A DNA stretch of 64,000 bases from an uncultured bacterium (lineage in GTDB: Bacteria; Patescibacteriota; Patescibacteriia; UBA9570; XYC2-FULL-38-9). This document shows, one piece after another, positions 41,540-52,630 of the stretch. Position 1 is the first letter of the stretch. Every line of letters starts with the position of its first letter. A program made the translations under genes and the position numbers. The notes beneath the pieces were generated by a model. That model made no database searches and was not told the DNA's origin. It saw nothing but the letters and a program-made list of their open reading frames with translations. The stretch covers positions 71,900-135,899 of the forward strand of contig CALKUP010000015.1 of NCBI GenBank assembly GCA_937996685.1. Direction: 5' to 3'.

Positions 41540-42769
41540 TTACGACGTTGTCGTTTTTTTACGAGGTGTTTTTCGTGGGGCTTTTTTACCTGTTGTCGAT
41601 GCTGCTGCTTTCTTTCTTACAGGTTTTGCTGCCGCTCGTTTGCGAGGTTTTTTCACCGGCACAGGAACAACCTCTTCTTCGGATTCGTCTTCATCAGCAA
41701 TCACCTCTTCAACATGCTTCGTGCCTTCTTGGGCTTTTAATAACTGCAACGCTCGGCGCAATCGAATAATCGTGCGCACCACTCCCCAAACAATAAGTAC
41801 AACCGCAATCAATGCAACAAGAACCACAACACCAATGATCATCAGTTGTTTTTGTGGCGGCAACACCCATTGCTCAACTGGAGTTGCGGCAATTGTTTGT
41901 TTTTCACCATTAACATCCATGTACACAACCGTTGCAGTGGCTTTCACTTTTGCAATTTTTGGGCTCACAAATTGAAATGAACTGCGAAGTGTATCATCTC
42001 GTAATACTTGCATGCCACGTTCATTACTGATTGGCAACAAACCAGTCCGATCAAAAATCTTTGAAAGCCATGGGTATACTGGCTCAATTTTTGTCACAAT
42101 CGTTAAATCTTCGCGCACTGTTCCTGTATTTTGTACTTCAATTTCTGCTTCTTTGTCTGTAAATAAGCCGTTTTCACTGGTTTTTAAGTTAAAGGATTTG
42201 ATTGTCACATCTTCCTTCACCTCTCCCGGCACCGTCACATACACACGCACACCAATGCGAGTGCTGAGCTGAATCCCGCCAGTCGTTGTTGTTGGCGCTT
42301 CCTTTTTTTCTTGGATTAAAATTCCACCCGCGTGCTCACCTGCGTCGACAGTTGCATCTGCTGGAATTTCAATAGAAAACGGCACTTCTTGTGTCGTGTG
42401 TGGCTCAAGTGTGACTTCAGATGTAGACAATGTAATCCATTTTCCTACTTCATCACGCTCTTCCACTTCTTGCTCAAGCGCAAAACCACCGTCAGAGCTC
42501 TTCGCTGAATCAGCTGGATAGACCTTTAATGTCAACGGCGCGTCAGAATCATTTGATAATAATAATGTATCATCGCGCTTTTCGCCGAGCGGCAATGCTG
42601 TATAAATAAACCATTGTTTTGTGTGGTCATTTCCTTCACCTGGATGCGCTGGTTTTCCGCCGTAATTTCCTGTATCAACCGCTTGCGCTGCACTTGCGCT
42701 CACAAAAAAAGACCCAATAATACAGAGAACGCTCACAAACACTCGATGATACAGAAACGATATACGCAT
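41540..42769 (-). CDS. DUF916-like WxL-interacting protein with C-terminal TM and basic tail
   Basis: VYPAD, GEHAGGI, RIGVRVYVTVPG. Confidence 0.75.
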   Translation of the reverse strand: MRISFLYHRVFVSVLCIIGSFFVSASAAQAVDTGNYGGKPAHPGEGNDHTKQWFIYTALPLGEKRDDTLLLSNDSDAPLTLKVYPADSAKSSDGGFALEQEVEERDEVGKWITLSTSEVTLEPHTTQEVPFSIEIPADATVDAGEHAGGILIQEKKEAPTTTTGGIQLSTRIGVRVYVTVPGEVKEDVTIKSFNLKTSENGLFTDKEAEIEVQNTGTVREDLTIVTKIEPVYPWLSKIFDRTGLLPISNERGMQVLRDDTLRSSFQFVSPKIAKVKATATVVYMDVNGEKQTIAATPVEQWVLPPQKQLMIIGVVVLVALIAVVLIVWGVVRTIIRLRRALQLLKAQEGTKHVEEVIADEDESEEEVVPVPVKKPRKRAAAKPVRKKAAASTTGKKAPRKTPRKKTTTS

Positions 42770-42861
42770 AATTTTTATTTTGTATTGATGAATAGACTGA
42801 GTATATCATTTTTCACAAAAAAACACACCAAGGACATTGGTGTGTTTGCGTTTGTATCGTT

Positions 42862-43554
42862 TTATGAAAGAGTGATTGTGAAAGAAAGTGTATATGCACC
42901 ACTTGGTTGGGATGGTGGTAATACTTGTGATAAACCAACCCCTGTTAAATCCCATGTACAATAGGTTGTTGCAGAGGATCCACCGGTGAGCAGTGTAATA
43001 CTACTGACTGCTGCGGCAACTTCACGGAATGAGGATGAAGAGCCGAGTGTTAAGTCTGTAATTGGACATGCGGTATTATCTGGAGAACCTGCGCGGGTTC
43101 CGGACGCTGGATTGACGGTTAAACGACCACCTTTTGAGTCAGAATCGGCATCATCTGTGCCATCTGTATTACTATCATTGAAATCGTATGTGTGTGAACC
43201 ATCACTCCACGTCGCTGTTGAACCACCAGTTGCGGCAATCGCAATCGTCCATGTTGCATCAGATGTCGGATTATACACACGAATACGCTGTGATGATGTA
43301 CCGAGTGTCCCTGTTACTGTTTGTGAACTGGTTGAAAATGTCGCACTGGAGAATGTGACACTTGGACTCCCAACAGTTGTTCCACCAGCATCAACAATAT
43401 CGACTGATTGCGAACCATCACTGATCGTTTGTGAAAACGACGAAGCAACACCGAACACGGTTTGATATAAACCGACGGATGCAACCGCAGCGAGGACAAT
43501 ACCAACGATGATTGTTAGCATTGATGACCGAATTGCCTGAAAAACAGCAGTCAT
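42862..43554 (-). CDS. Small WxL-like exported protein
   Basis: Signal/TM, S/T/G-rich beta domain, GAYTLSFTITLS. Confidence 0.7.
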   Translation of the reverse strand: MTAVFQAIRSSMLTIIVGIVLAAVASVGLYQTVFGVASSFSQTISDGSQSVDIVDAGGTTVGSPSVTFSSATFSTSSQTVTGTLGTSSQRIRVYNPTSDATWTIAIAATGGSTATWSDGSHTYDFNDSNTDGTDDADSDSKGGRLTVNPASGTRAGSPDNTACPITDLTLGSSSSFREVAAAVSSITLLTGGSSATTYCTWDLTGVGLSQVLPPSQPSGAYTLSFTITLS

Positions 43555-43722
43555 AAATGTATGTTAAATTGTTTTTTGTTTTGTTTTTTTATCGAACAAA
43601 TGTATTGTAGCACACTTTTACAAAAAGTGCAAGACAATAAAACACGAGTCTTGTACACGGAAAGAAAAAAAATATGCTATACTGGGTGAAAATAAATCAC
43701 TAGAATTTTCTTTATAGATCTT

Positions 43723-45405
43723 ATGGTCAATCAACAATTACAAGACTACATCAAAACTCAAATTCAGCGCGGTGTTCCAAAAGATGCGGTTGAACAAGCC
43801 TTATTAAAAGCCGGTTGGCCAGCCGCAGACGTCACACTTGGCATGCAAGAGCTCGACGCTCCGTCTCCAGTTGCGCCAGTTGCAGCAAAACCTGTCGCCA
43901 CTGAAACAACACCAGCAACTCCGGTTGATTTATTTGAAGGAATTGAAAAATCAACACCAAACACAGCCGCAACACCTGCTGCCAGCATGCCTGTGACCAC
44001 AAAACAGCCATTATCACCAAATATGCTTGGTCAAACAGCGAAAAGTACTTCTATTTTCCCAAAAACAAAGGTGAAAATGGTTGATGGACTCTCAAATCGC
44101 GCACAAATCATCGGCATTGTCGTTGCCGTTGTTGTTGGAATTGGTGTGATCGCTGGCGGTGTCTATGCATACACTGCACTTTCAAGCTCTGGAAAAGGTA
44201 ATATTGCAACAGCGTTAACAAATTTGAACAGCCTGCAGTCAACTTCTTTTGCTATCACTATTGTTCCACAACTACAAGCCGGAAAGACCATTCAAAACCC
44301 GCTGACACAAAAAGCGGAAAGCGATATCGCGTTGCAACTCAGTGGAACAGCCAGCGGTCTTACAACTGCAACACCTTCAATGCAAGGAACTGTCATTGCA
44401 CAGCTCAAAAACAGCGCCGGAACTGACTCATATGAAGCAGAGGTCCGCAGTGTAAACAGTGTTTTATATACAAAATTCGGTAACCTTAGTGGCGCCCCAG
44501 CTGTCACAACCTCTGTATTGCAAAATCAATGGTTTTCACTCAGCAACCAAAGCATCGCAGCAGTGAATACTGCTGGCATTGCAAAATTTGATGGTCGCAT
44601 TATCAAACAGTTTTCTGGAACAGAGCTCACACAAATCAAAAATTCGCTTATTTCAGCGAATATGATCAGTATCACTGATAAAAGTGGGACTGAAACGATC
44701 CAAAACACTGTGACAAATAAGTATGGCATGTCTGTGAGCGGCGCTGGGATGAAGCAATTTTTGACATCAATTACACCAGTGCTCACTGCTCGTGGCGCAA
44801 CAACCGCGCAAATTCAATCATGGCAAGCGGCAATTGAAAAAGGCGGTGATATTCAAGGAACTGTATGGATTGGCAAAAAAGACAAGCAACTCTATCAAGT
44901 GCAATTCAGCCTCCCTGTTTCTGGGAACTCTGGCATTGAACGCCTGGTTGTTGGAATTACACTGTGGGACCACAACAAAGCAACAACAATCGATGTTCCA
45001 AGTCCTGTAAAAGCCTTAGATACAGTCTTGCTAGAAGCGCAACGAAATGCGCAAAATGCTGCGACATTGCCAGCACTCACAACAACTCCGGAAACAACGA
45101 CAACAACTGACACGACTGCAGACACAACCGAAGATACGGTTGATACAACAACGACGGACTCTACAACAGATGACACAACAGCCCTTGATGAAACAACATC
45201 AGACACAGCTGACACCACAGAAGACACAGAACCTGTCGATTTAGACATATCAATTGATGACGCCGATGACGATGGCTTAACAACTGCACAAGAAAAGCAG
45301 TACGGGACAGACCCAGAAAACGACGATACTGATGATGACGGGTATCTCGACGGCGAAGAAGTCAAAGCCGGATATAATCCAAATGGTGACGGAAAACTCA
45401 AATAA
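43723..45405 (+). CDS. Membrane-anchored surface protein with T/D-rich linker and TSP3-like Ca-binding repeats
   Basis: Single TM; DADDDGL...YGTDP..DTDDDGYLDGEEV..GYNP. Confidence 0.8.
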   Translation: MVNQQLQDYIKTQIQRGVPKDAVEQALLKAGWPAADVTLGMQELDAPSPVAPVAAKPVATETTPATPVDLFEGIEKSTPNTAATPAASMPVTTKQPLSPNMLGQTAKSTSIFPKTKVKMVDGLSNRAQIIGIVVAVVVGIGVIAGGVYAYTALSSSGKGNIATALTNLNSLQSTSFAITIVPQLQAGKTIQNPLTQKAESDIALQLSGTASGLTTATPSMQGTVIAQLKNSAGTDSYEAEVRSVNSVLYTKFGNLSGAPAVTTSVLQNQWFSLSNQSIAAVNTAGIAKFDGRIIKQFSGTELTQIKNSLISANMISITDKSGTETIQNTVTNKYGMSVSGAGMKQFLTSITPVLTARGATTAQIQSWQAAIEKGGDIQGTVWIGKKDKQLYQVQFSLPVSGNSGIERLVVGITLWDHNKATTIDVPSPVKALDTVLLEAQRNAQNAATLPALTTTPETTTTTDTTADTTEDTVDTTTTDSTTDDTTALDETTSDTADTTEDTEPVDLDISIDDADDDGLTTAQEKQYGTDPENDDTDDDGYLDGEEVKAGYNPNGDGKLK

Positions 45406-45449
45406 CTATTGAGTTTTCTACACAAAAATAGAGGGCCTTGCGGGACTCT

Positions 45450-46658
45450 CTATTTTTTTAACCCAAGAAGCAGCGTTTTATAACTGACTGCAAGCCACGT
45501 CCAAAAAAGAAGCGCGAGGTCATTTTTAAAATATGGAACATCAACGATTCCATATACACAAATAGCGATGATCGGCGCAAGCAACACCAACGTTGCATTC
45601 CGTGTACTCAATCGAGAGTGATACAGGCATTTCACCGCAATACCAATTGTGACACAAATCCAAATAGCGCCGAAAATACCAAATTGTGTCCAAAAATCAA
45701 ACAATAAATTGTGCGAATACTCCAATAATTCAACGTGAGATGGTAAACGATAGAGGTCATAGACTTGCGGAAATGCTGCAATGCCAGCACCAGTAATGGC
45801 TTGATGAGAAATCAAATTCCACGTTCCTTTCCAAAGAGCGAGGCGCACATCCCCGGACACATCACGAAATAACAAAATCTCACGTGTTTGCGGCAATGCA
45901 AGCGCGAGTACCAGGCCGATTGCAGACACCGCGAGCGTGAAAAACCGAGCCCTCGTAAACAACAACATCACAATAGCACTCCCAACAATTGCAATCACCG
46001 CCCCATCAGCTCGAGCACACACAACGGCAATTGACCCGAGGATAGTCGCTGTAATCGCAAGAAACAGCAGCAGCTTCTCTTGTCGTACTGTATTTTCAAA
46101 AAACCGCTCTACAAAGCGCCGGTGGACGAGATATGCAACAGCGCTTGCAATGATTGGAGCAAGCAACAAACCGACAGCATTTGGATATGAAAACACACCA
46201 ACTGCTCGACGATCCGGCCACGCGTTCCATGGCTCTGGAATTCCCGCGCCTGTGATGTATTGATAGATCGCGACAACACTCACAACAATAACCAGTGCCC
46301 ATGCTGCTTGTAATAACACTGTGATATCTTTCGGTTTTTTAATTACAAGCGACAGCGCAAATGCAAACAATACCGGCTCAACACAATAGGCTTTCCAAAT
46401 CCCAAGACCATCTCGCAGCGCCGGGGTCCAAAAGAGAGCAGCTGTTGTGAGCACTAAAAAACCAAAAGCAATCATTCGAACAACCCGTGTGTGCGGATCA
46501 CGCAAAAAACTCCAAGCAGCGCGATATTCACGAACAATGACAATCACCGTGAATGCCACAACAGCAACCTCAAGAGCAGTCAGTGGGATTCCAGCAATTG
46601 CAAACCGTAGTTGGTACAACGGCAACAACACGATAATAGCGGCAGCAAATAATATCAT
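45450..46658 (-). CDS. O-antigen ligase/polymerase family protein
   Basis: Multi-TM; VFSYPN, RLALWKG, YSHNLL. Confidence 0.85.
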   Translation of the reverse strand: MILFAAAIIVLLPLYQLRFAIAGIPLTALEVAVVAFTVIVIVREYRAAWSFLRDPHTRVVRMIAFGFLVLTTAALFWTPALRDGLGIWKAYCVEPVLFAFALSLVIKKPKDITVLLQAAWALVIVVSVVAIYQYITGAGIPEPWNAWPDRRAVGVFSYPNAVGLLLAPIIASAVAYLVHRRFVERFFENTVRQEKLLLFLAITATILGSIAVVCARADGAVIAIVGSAIVMLLFTRARFFTLAVSAIGLVLALALPQTREILLFRDVSGDVRLALWKGTWNLISHQAITGAGIAAFPQVYDLYRLPSHVELLEYSHNLLFDFWTQFGIFGAIWICVTIGIAVKCLYHSRLSTRNATLVLLAPIIAICVYGIVDVPYFKNDLALLFWTWLAVSYKTLLLGLKK

Positions 46659-46667
46659 GTCTGTATT

Positions 46668-48122
46668 CTATACAGACTGCGTGTCTTTCGGCAAGGCAGC
46701 ATTTTGCAGTGCGATATTTTGCAACGCGATTAATAACCCGATAACAAACCAGACATGGACGATAAATAGCACAGAAAATGTATTATATTGCACGATAATT
46801 CCAATAAATGCAGCGAGCGTTGCGACAAGCAATAGGCGCGTTTCTTCTCCTTTGCCGTACGTCAAAGCGTAGATTGAGCGAATAATCACAATAATCCATG
46901 ACGAAAAGAGTGCGAACGCTCCGAGAATACCAGTTTCCGTCAGAACCTCTAAATAGACATTGTTCACAATGCCCCAGCCGGTATCAGGTTGTGTGAACGG
47001 ATGCGGAGCAATGTATGGACCGAAACTTCCAGGGCCAATACCAACGAGTGGGTGTGTCCAAAACGCATCTTTCGCCTGCTCAATTGTGTAGGCTCGTTCA
47101 TTATAGGATGCGCCGGCAAAAATATTCACAACATGTGAGGCAACTTTTTCAGTCAGTCCATCAAACTGTTGTAACTGTGTCACTGCAACAATCCCAACAA
47201 TTCCGAGTCCTGCAAGTGTTGCAATCACGCGCCATGAAATCAATTGGCGATTCAAAAAATACCAGGTAATAATTACCGCAAGAGATGCACTCATCGCGAT
47301 GTATCCACCACGCGCAACCGTCAGCGCGAGATTCAAAAAACCAAGAGCCGCGAGACCGAATGCGACCGGCAACGACACAATTGTGTTCTTTCGAATAAAT
47401 AAGACCGTTGTCATTGATAACGGCAACAATAAATAATTCGCAAAATAGAGCGGCTCTAATGCAGTTGATTGGATGCGTGGAAATCCAAGAATTTCTTTTG
47501 TATATAATTCACGAAGGCCCGTGAGCGCTGTCGGCAATCCAATGAAATCTCCAACCCATTGATACAAACCGAACACTGTCACGACTGTCATTGACGCAAG
47601 CAACACACGAACAAGTGTGCGCTGCTTTTCTTCGGTATTCAAAAATGCCGGGACAATAAAACTCGCTGTCATCGTAAATAAAATAAAAGCGAGCACGCTC
47701 ACTGATCGAGTAAGGTTCGGAGCATACAATAATGAAAAGCCAGCAATAATAGCGTATGCAATAAGTGGCACTGCAATCGGGTATGATTTTGGCAGAATAT
47801 TTGGAATCCGACGTGTCACTCCAAAAAACAGATACGCCAATAAACACAACAACACTACTTGCGACACCCGAACAGTACTCCCTGCAATATCAACAGAGCC
47901 GATACGCTCAAACGGCAGTGCAAATGCGAGCGCTAAAAAGGCAAATTGCGGGCTGCGAAGTAACGCAAAGATCACCAGCATTCCAAGAATGCCAGCAAAT
48001 GTATACTCAACTGGAAATCGAACCAAGAGCCATCCAAGGATATACGCTGCTGCTGCCGCAATAATCGCAAGCGCTACCCAAGAGGCAAGGTGTTTCGTTG
48101 AAAATGACATCTGTTTTTTCAT
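46668..48122 (-). CDS. O-antigen ligase/polymerase family protein
   Basis: RIQSTALEP, TVARGG, HPLVGIGPG, NNVYLEVLTETG. Confidence 0.85.
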   Translation of the reverse strand: MKKQMSFSTKHLASWVALAIIAAAAAYILGWLLVRFPVEYTFAGILGMLVIFALLRSPQFAFLALAFALPFERIGSVDIAGSTVRVSQVVLLCLLAYLFFGVTRRIPNILPKSYPIAVPLIAYAIIAGFSLLYAPNLTRSVSVLAFILFTMTASFIVPAFLNTEEKQRTLVRVLLASMTVVTVFGLYQWVGDFIGLPTALTGLRELYTKEILGFPRIQSTALEPLYFANYLLLPLSMTTVLFIRKNTIVSLPVAFGLAALGFLNLALTVARGGYIAMSASLAVIITWYFLNRQLISWRVIATLAGLGIVGIVAVTQLQQFDGLTEKVASHVVNIFAGASYNERAYTIEQAKDAFWTHPLVGIGPGSFGPYIAPHPFTQPDTGWGIVNNVYLEVLTETGILGAFALFSSWIIVIIRSIYALTYGKGEETRLLLVATLAAFIGIIVQYNTFSVLFIVHVWFVIGLLIALQNIALQNAALPKDTQSV

Positions 48123-48136
48123 AGGATATCTATACC

Positions 48137-49219
48137 TTACTGACTTTTCGCGCGTTGTAAAATAGCCATTGTTTGTTCACCGGCTTTTTTCCAAGAAAAC
48201 CGCGCTGCCTGGGCAACAGATTTTTGTTGCAATTCTCGACGCAAATCAATGTCATCGAATAATAAATCAAGCCGTTTTCGCAAATCATCAGCATCGTGCG
48301 GATCAAACAAAATTCCCGCATCCCCCACCACTTCAGGCAAGGCAGTATTTTGACTTACAATCACTGCTGCCCCAGACTGCATTGCCTCAAGAGCCGACAA
48401 TCCAAACCCTTCATACACCGATGGCATGACAAAAAAACTACACGCATTATAGAGTGCAACAAGATCTTCATCGCCAATGTAATCAACAAATTTCACCGCA
48501 TCTTCTAAATGATACTTTCGCACCATTTCAGACAGCTTTGCAAACTTGTCACCTTTTTTTCCAGCAATCACCAGCTGATGGTTGCCGCGCTTTGAAAATG
48601 CAAATGCTTGAATAAGTGTTTCATAATTTTTTCGCGATTCCGTTGTGCCAACGCTCACGATAAATGGCGCTCGCACGCCCAAGCGACGAATCCGCGCTGC
48701 AATCGCCTCTGAATCGTCAATCATGCGATAGGCTTTTCCAGCCGCAGGATAGATAACAGACATCCGATCTTCTGATATATCCAAGTGTGTCATCAGCTCT
48801 TGTTTTGTGAATTCGGAAATACAAATAATATGATCAGCTCGACGCAATGACTGCGGCAACACTTGTGCCCAATATCGCTTGTCTGCGCCAGAAAAATTAT
48901 CAGGGTAGCGTAATCCATATACATCATGCGCCGTTACAACAACTGGTTTTGGAAACCGTGGCACAGAAAACGCAGGTTGAAACAACATATCAACTCCTCG
49001 AATCAATGCTGTCAGCGGCAAACCAAGCTGATCCCAAAGCAATTGCTTTTGACCAGACAATTGTGTTGTCACACGATCAATTCCCATGATATGCACACCA
49101 CTTTCTTCTTCAAGAGCTCGCAGCTCTGCGAGAATATTCTCAACATAAAAACCATATCCACTTTTTTGCGGGGCAAGTGCTGCGAGGTCGATACCAATAC
49201 GAAACGGATAATGGGACAT
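48137..49219 (-). CDS. Glycosyltransferase family 4
   Basis: RKN, PSVYEGFGLSALEAM. Confidence 0.92.
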   Translation of the reverse strand: MSHYPFRIGIDLAALAPQKSGYGFYVENILAELRALEEESGVHIMGIDRVTTQLSGQKQLLWDQLGLPLTALIRGVDMLFQPAFSVPRFPKPVVVTAHDVYGLRYPDNFSGADKRYWAQVLPQSLRRADHIICISEFTKQELMTHLDISEDRMSVIYPAAGKAYRMIDDSEAIAARIRRLGVRAPFIVSVGTTESRKNYETLIQAFAFSKRGNHQLVIAGKKGDKFAKLSEMVRKYHLEDAVKFVDYIGDEDLVALYNACSFFVMPSVYEGFGLSALEAMQSGAAVIVSQNTALPEVVGDAGILFDPHDADDLRKRLDLLFDDIDLRRELQQKSVAQAARFSWKKAGEQTMAILQRAKSQ

Positions 49220-49228
49220 AGGGGCAGA

Positions 49229-50743
49229 TTAACGATTACGAAGAAATAATGAACGCAATTCAGACAACGTTGTAACACGAAACAAGAGAATAGTCACGCC
49301 AAAGACACTCGCGCCAATGACCGCGAACACGCCAGTTGTAACAAGCGCGTTGAGCAGCTCTGGCAAGCCTGACCACGCATTTGCAAGCGGCAACAATAGA
49401 CGCAATACCGCGTACATAATACAGGCTGCGGCAGCGGCTCCGATAATCGGATACCACGAAAGTCGAATCCGCGTTGTACGTAAAATAATTGTCAGACCAA
49501 TCAACACAACCATTGTTTCAGAATAGACCGTCACTGCTGCTGCGCCATACACTGAAAATCGCGGGATAAAAATAAGATACCCAGCCAGCGCCGACGCCGC
49601 GACAAACGCATACCCCAACAACATGGTTTTTTGTTTATTCAATGAAACAACAAGGTAGCCAAATAATGTGCCGAAATAAATCGCGCCGGTTGCGACAATC
49701 AAAATACGCAACACCGCAACAACTCGCTCTGCACCGCCTGGGTCTGTTGCAAAATCACTTCCAGCAATAATCGTCATAATCTGTGGAGCAAGCACTTGCA
49801 CGCCAGCAATCAACGGCAATGCGATCAACGCAATTGCAGTAAACGATTTTTGAAAGATCTCCTGAAACCGCGCTTGATCATGCGCTTCCCACGCAGCACC
49901 AAGAATTGGCAATACCAATCCCGCAAACATCGCTGGGAAGGTCACGAGCACTTCAAGAATTTTATATGGCGCGCCGTATTGTCCAATAATCGCATCACTC
50001 GCAAAAAAGGTCATGATAAATGTATCGCCTTTGAAATAAATCAACGTGAACACAATCGACAACGCAATCGGCCACGCTTCTTGCGCGATATCGCGAAATA
50101 ACGGCATGTCCCACACAAATCGTAACCGCACAAATTTGCGCACAAACCACAAATTAATCAAAAAGTTTGCTCCGCTGCTCGCAACCAATGTCATTAACAT
50201 CCAAAAGACTGAACCATTCAATGCAATAACAAGCAACACACCGCCCAGCTGCACTGCTTTCCCAAGAAACTCACCAATTGCTACGGGTGCTGTATAGAGA
50301 AACTTTTGAAAAATGGCGGACAACAATTGATTGAGCGATAAGAAAAAATAAAACCCAGCTGTTGCGGCAATCGCGATCACAATTTGCGGCGTGTAATTAT
50401 CATTAAACTGACTAATGATGAGCGCAATGACTGGTGCGCTCGACAACACAATCGCCCCAACCACAACCCGCAGCGTCACAATCGCGTTCACTACGCGGGA
50501 TTCTCGCTCCGGAGTGTCAAACGAAATTGTTGCGAGTCGTTTGATCAAAATAATATATAAACCCAAATCAATGCCGATGCCGAACATCTGCAAATAGGCC
50601 GTCACTTTTGTATAGACACCATTTCCGTCGTCTTTCAAATAATGCAATGTCAACGACGCAGCAAGCAGCGCGAGCACTAAACCAAGGATTTTTCCAATCG
50701 CTTGAATCGCTGTATTGTGTGCAATTTTGGCTCCAGTAGACAT
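49229..50743 (-). CDS. Wzx-type flippase
   Basis: KIAHNTAIQAIGK, IYFKGD, YGAPYK, about 13-14 TM. Confidence 0.88.
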   Translation of the reverse strand: MSTGAKIAHNTAIQAIGKILGLVLALLAASLTLHYLKDDGNGVYTKVTAYLQMFGIGIDLGLYIILIKRLATISFDTPERESRVVNAIVTLRVVVGAIVLSSAPVIALIISQFNDNYTPQIVIAIAATAGFYFFLSLNQLLSAIFQKFLYTAPVAIGEFLGKAVQLGGVLLVIALNGSVFWMLMTLVASSGANFLINLWFVRKFVRLRFVWDMPLFRDIAQEAWPIALSIVFTLIYFKGDTFIMTFFASDAIIGQYGAPYKILEVLVTFPAMFAGLVLPILGAAWEAHDQARFQEIFQKSFTAIALIALPLIAGVQVLAPQIMTIIAGSDFATDPGGAERVVAVLRILIVATGAIYFGTLFGYLVVSLNKQKTMLLGYAFVAASALAGYLIFIPRFSVYGAAAVTVYSETMVVLIGLTIILRTTRIRLSWYPIIGAAAAACIMYAVLRLLLPLANAWSGLPELLNALVTTGVFAVIGASVFGVTILLFRVTTLSELRSLFLRNR

Positions 50744-50791
50744 AGATATATCATCTATACTACGGGGTTTTGACGCTATTGTCTACTTGTC

Positions 50792-51739
50792 TTATTCAGC
50801 GGAAAACAGCGCGAAATGTTCCGGTAATGGCGCGATGATACTCAGTGACTCACCAGTCGTCGGATGCGCGAATGCCAAGCGTTCACTATGTAAAAATAAT
50901 GCATCAGATTTTTGAAATACTGGGTATTTTTTTGAGATATACAAACGATCCCCAACCACTGGATGATCAATCGCTGCTAAATGCGCGCGAATTTGATGGG
51001 TACGGCCCGTGTGAATTTGCACTTTCAGCACAGAATATCGATCATTGATGTTTTGCAACACTGCATATTCTGTCCATGCATCACGACCTTCCGCGTGTTC
51101 TGGACGCGCTGCCATTTTGCCTGGATTCATACTTGATCGATGCAACGCAAAACGAATATCACCGGCTTCTTGTGGTAATACTCCGTACACCACTGCGCGA
51201 TATTCTTTTTCAACAGTTCGTTCTTGAAATTGTTTTTTCAAATTCTCTAATACTTCTGGTGTTTTCGCGAGCACCATCACTCCAGTCACGAACTTATCAA
51301 GACGATGCACAATTCCTGGACGAAATGCACTCTCCCACGCAAGGTCAATCACATCAGATCCCATGTGCTTCACAAACCAGCCTGACACACTTGGTTGATC
51401 ATCGTTTTCATTTCCTGGATGCACAATTAAATCAGTTGGTTTATTTACAACAATAATTGCATCATCTTCAAACAACACACTCAAATCATAGTCCGGTGAA
51501 ATCAGCACGTGATCTGGTTTTGTCGGTGCCGCAATTTCTTGTGTCATTGAAATAACATCACCCAAACGTAAAAATTGATGCTTTGTCGCTGGCTTATCGT
51601 TAATCAACACCTGTTTTGCTTGAATGGCTTTTTGAACGCGTGATCGAGACACCTCCGGAGACAATGTCGCAACCAAAAATTGATCAAGACGTGTGCCGAC
51701 ATGTTCTTCTGTGATGTGGATCGTTGAATGAGCAGTCAT
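50792..51739 (-). CDS. rluD: RluD/RluA pseudouridine synthase
   Basis: S4 domain, RPGIVHRLDK, TGRTHQIR. Confidence 0.92.
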   Translation of the reverse strand: MTAHSTIHITEEHVGTRLDQFLVATLSPEVSRSRVQKAIQAKQVLINDKPATKHQFLRLGDVISMTQEIAAPTKPDHVLISPDYDLSVLFEDDAIIVVNKPTDLIVHPGNENDDQPSVSGWFVKHMGSDVIDLAWESAFRPGIVHRLDKFVTGVMVLAKTPEVLENLKKQFQERTVEKEYRAVVYGVLPQEAGDIRFALHRSSMNPGKMAARPEHAEGRDAWTEYAVLQNINDRYSVLKVQIHTGRTHQIRAHLAAIDHPVVGDRLYISKKYPVFQKSDALFLHSERLAFAHPTTGESLSIIAPLPEHFALFSAE

Positions 51740-52582
51740 TTAATCAGTGTGAATTTCAGAACGCATGTCAGGAAAATACGCTTCTTCTACTTGTGGCGCA
51801 GTGCGCGTTTTATCTGGCGTTCCGGTTTTTAAAATAATCTCCATTGCCTCTTCTGGAGTATCAACAATGTGAAACAACTCCAAATCTTTTTCAGCAATTG
51901 TTTTGTATTGTGCGAGCAACTTGTCTTTCATGAATGTTTCCAGTCCACCCCAAAAATCTCGGCCAAACAAAATCATTGGCACGCGTTGCATTTTGCCGGT
52001 TTGTAACAATGTCATGACTTCAAAGACTTCGTCGATTGTGCCGAAGCCGCCTGGAAAGGCAACAAAGGCTTGCGATGGTGATGTAAGCATCACTTTTCGT
52101 GTGAAGAAGAAATGAAAACCGATGGTGTGACGAACGTATGGATTCACGCGTTGTTCAAACGGCAATTGAATGTTCAGTCCAACAGACTCGCCGCCGGCTT
52201 CATACGCTCCTTTATTCGCCGCTTCCATAATCCCAGGTCCGCCGCCAGTAATCACTGAAAAGCCGCTTTCTGCGAGAAGTTTGCCGAGTTTTTCAGCATT
52301 TTGATACGCTTCTGTGTCTGGGGTTAACCGCGCTGACCCAAAAACGGTAATGTCTGCGTGCAGCGTTGAAAGAAAGTCATATCCTTCAACAAACTCAGAC
52401 ATAATGCGAAAAATCCGCCAGGTTGCTGTTGTGCTGCGAAATTCCTTTGGATTAATCACTTCTCCGCGCAATTTTGCTTTGTGCAATGCCGCGTCTCCGT
52501 GAGCACCAGACTTTTGATTATGGTGCGTGTGATTATGTTCTTGCTCTGAATCTGGTTGTCGTTTTGAAAATAATGATGTCAT
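51740..52582 (-). CDS. LOG-family (TIGR00730) protein
   Basis: VFGSAR, TGGGPGIMEAAN, PGGFGTIDE. Confidence 0.92.
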   Translation of the reverse strand: MTSLFSKRQPDSEQEHNHTHHNQKSGAHGDAALHKAKLRGEVINPKEFRSTTATWRIFRIMSEFVEGYDFLSTLHADITVFGSARLTPDTEAYQNAEKLGKLLAESGFSVITGGGPGIMEAANKGAYEAGGESVGLNIQLPFEQRVNPYVRHTIGFHFFFTRKVMLTSPSQAFVAFPGGFGTIDEVFEVMTLLQTGKMQRVPMILFGRDFWGGLETFMKDKLLAQYKTIAEKDLELFHIVDTPEEAMEIILKTGTPDKTRTAPQVEEAYFPDMRSEIHTD

Positions 52583-52630
52583 AAAATATGGTAATGAATA
52601 CCGCTACTATAGCACGAAACGCGAAAATAG

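Noticed and set aside
40200-43190. Nucleotide-level similarity between 40200-40290 and 43100-43190
   Set aside because: Ordinary paralogy of the two WxL-like domains
45070-45240. aca/gac-rich low-complexity tract
   Set aside because: Encodes a T/D-rich protein linker, not a DNA repeat element
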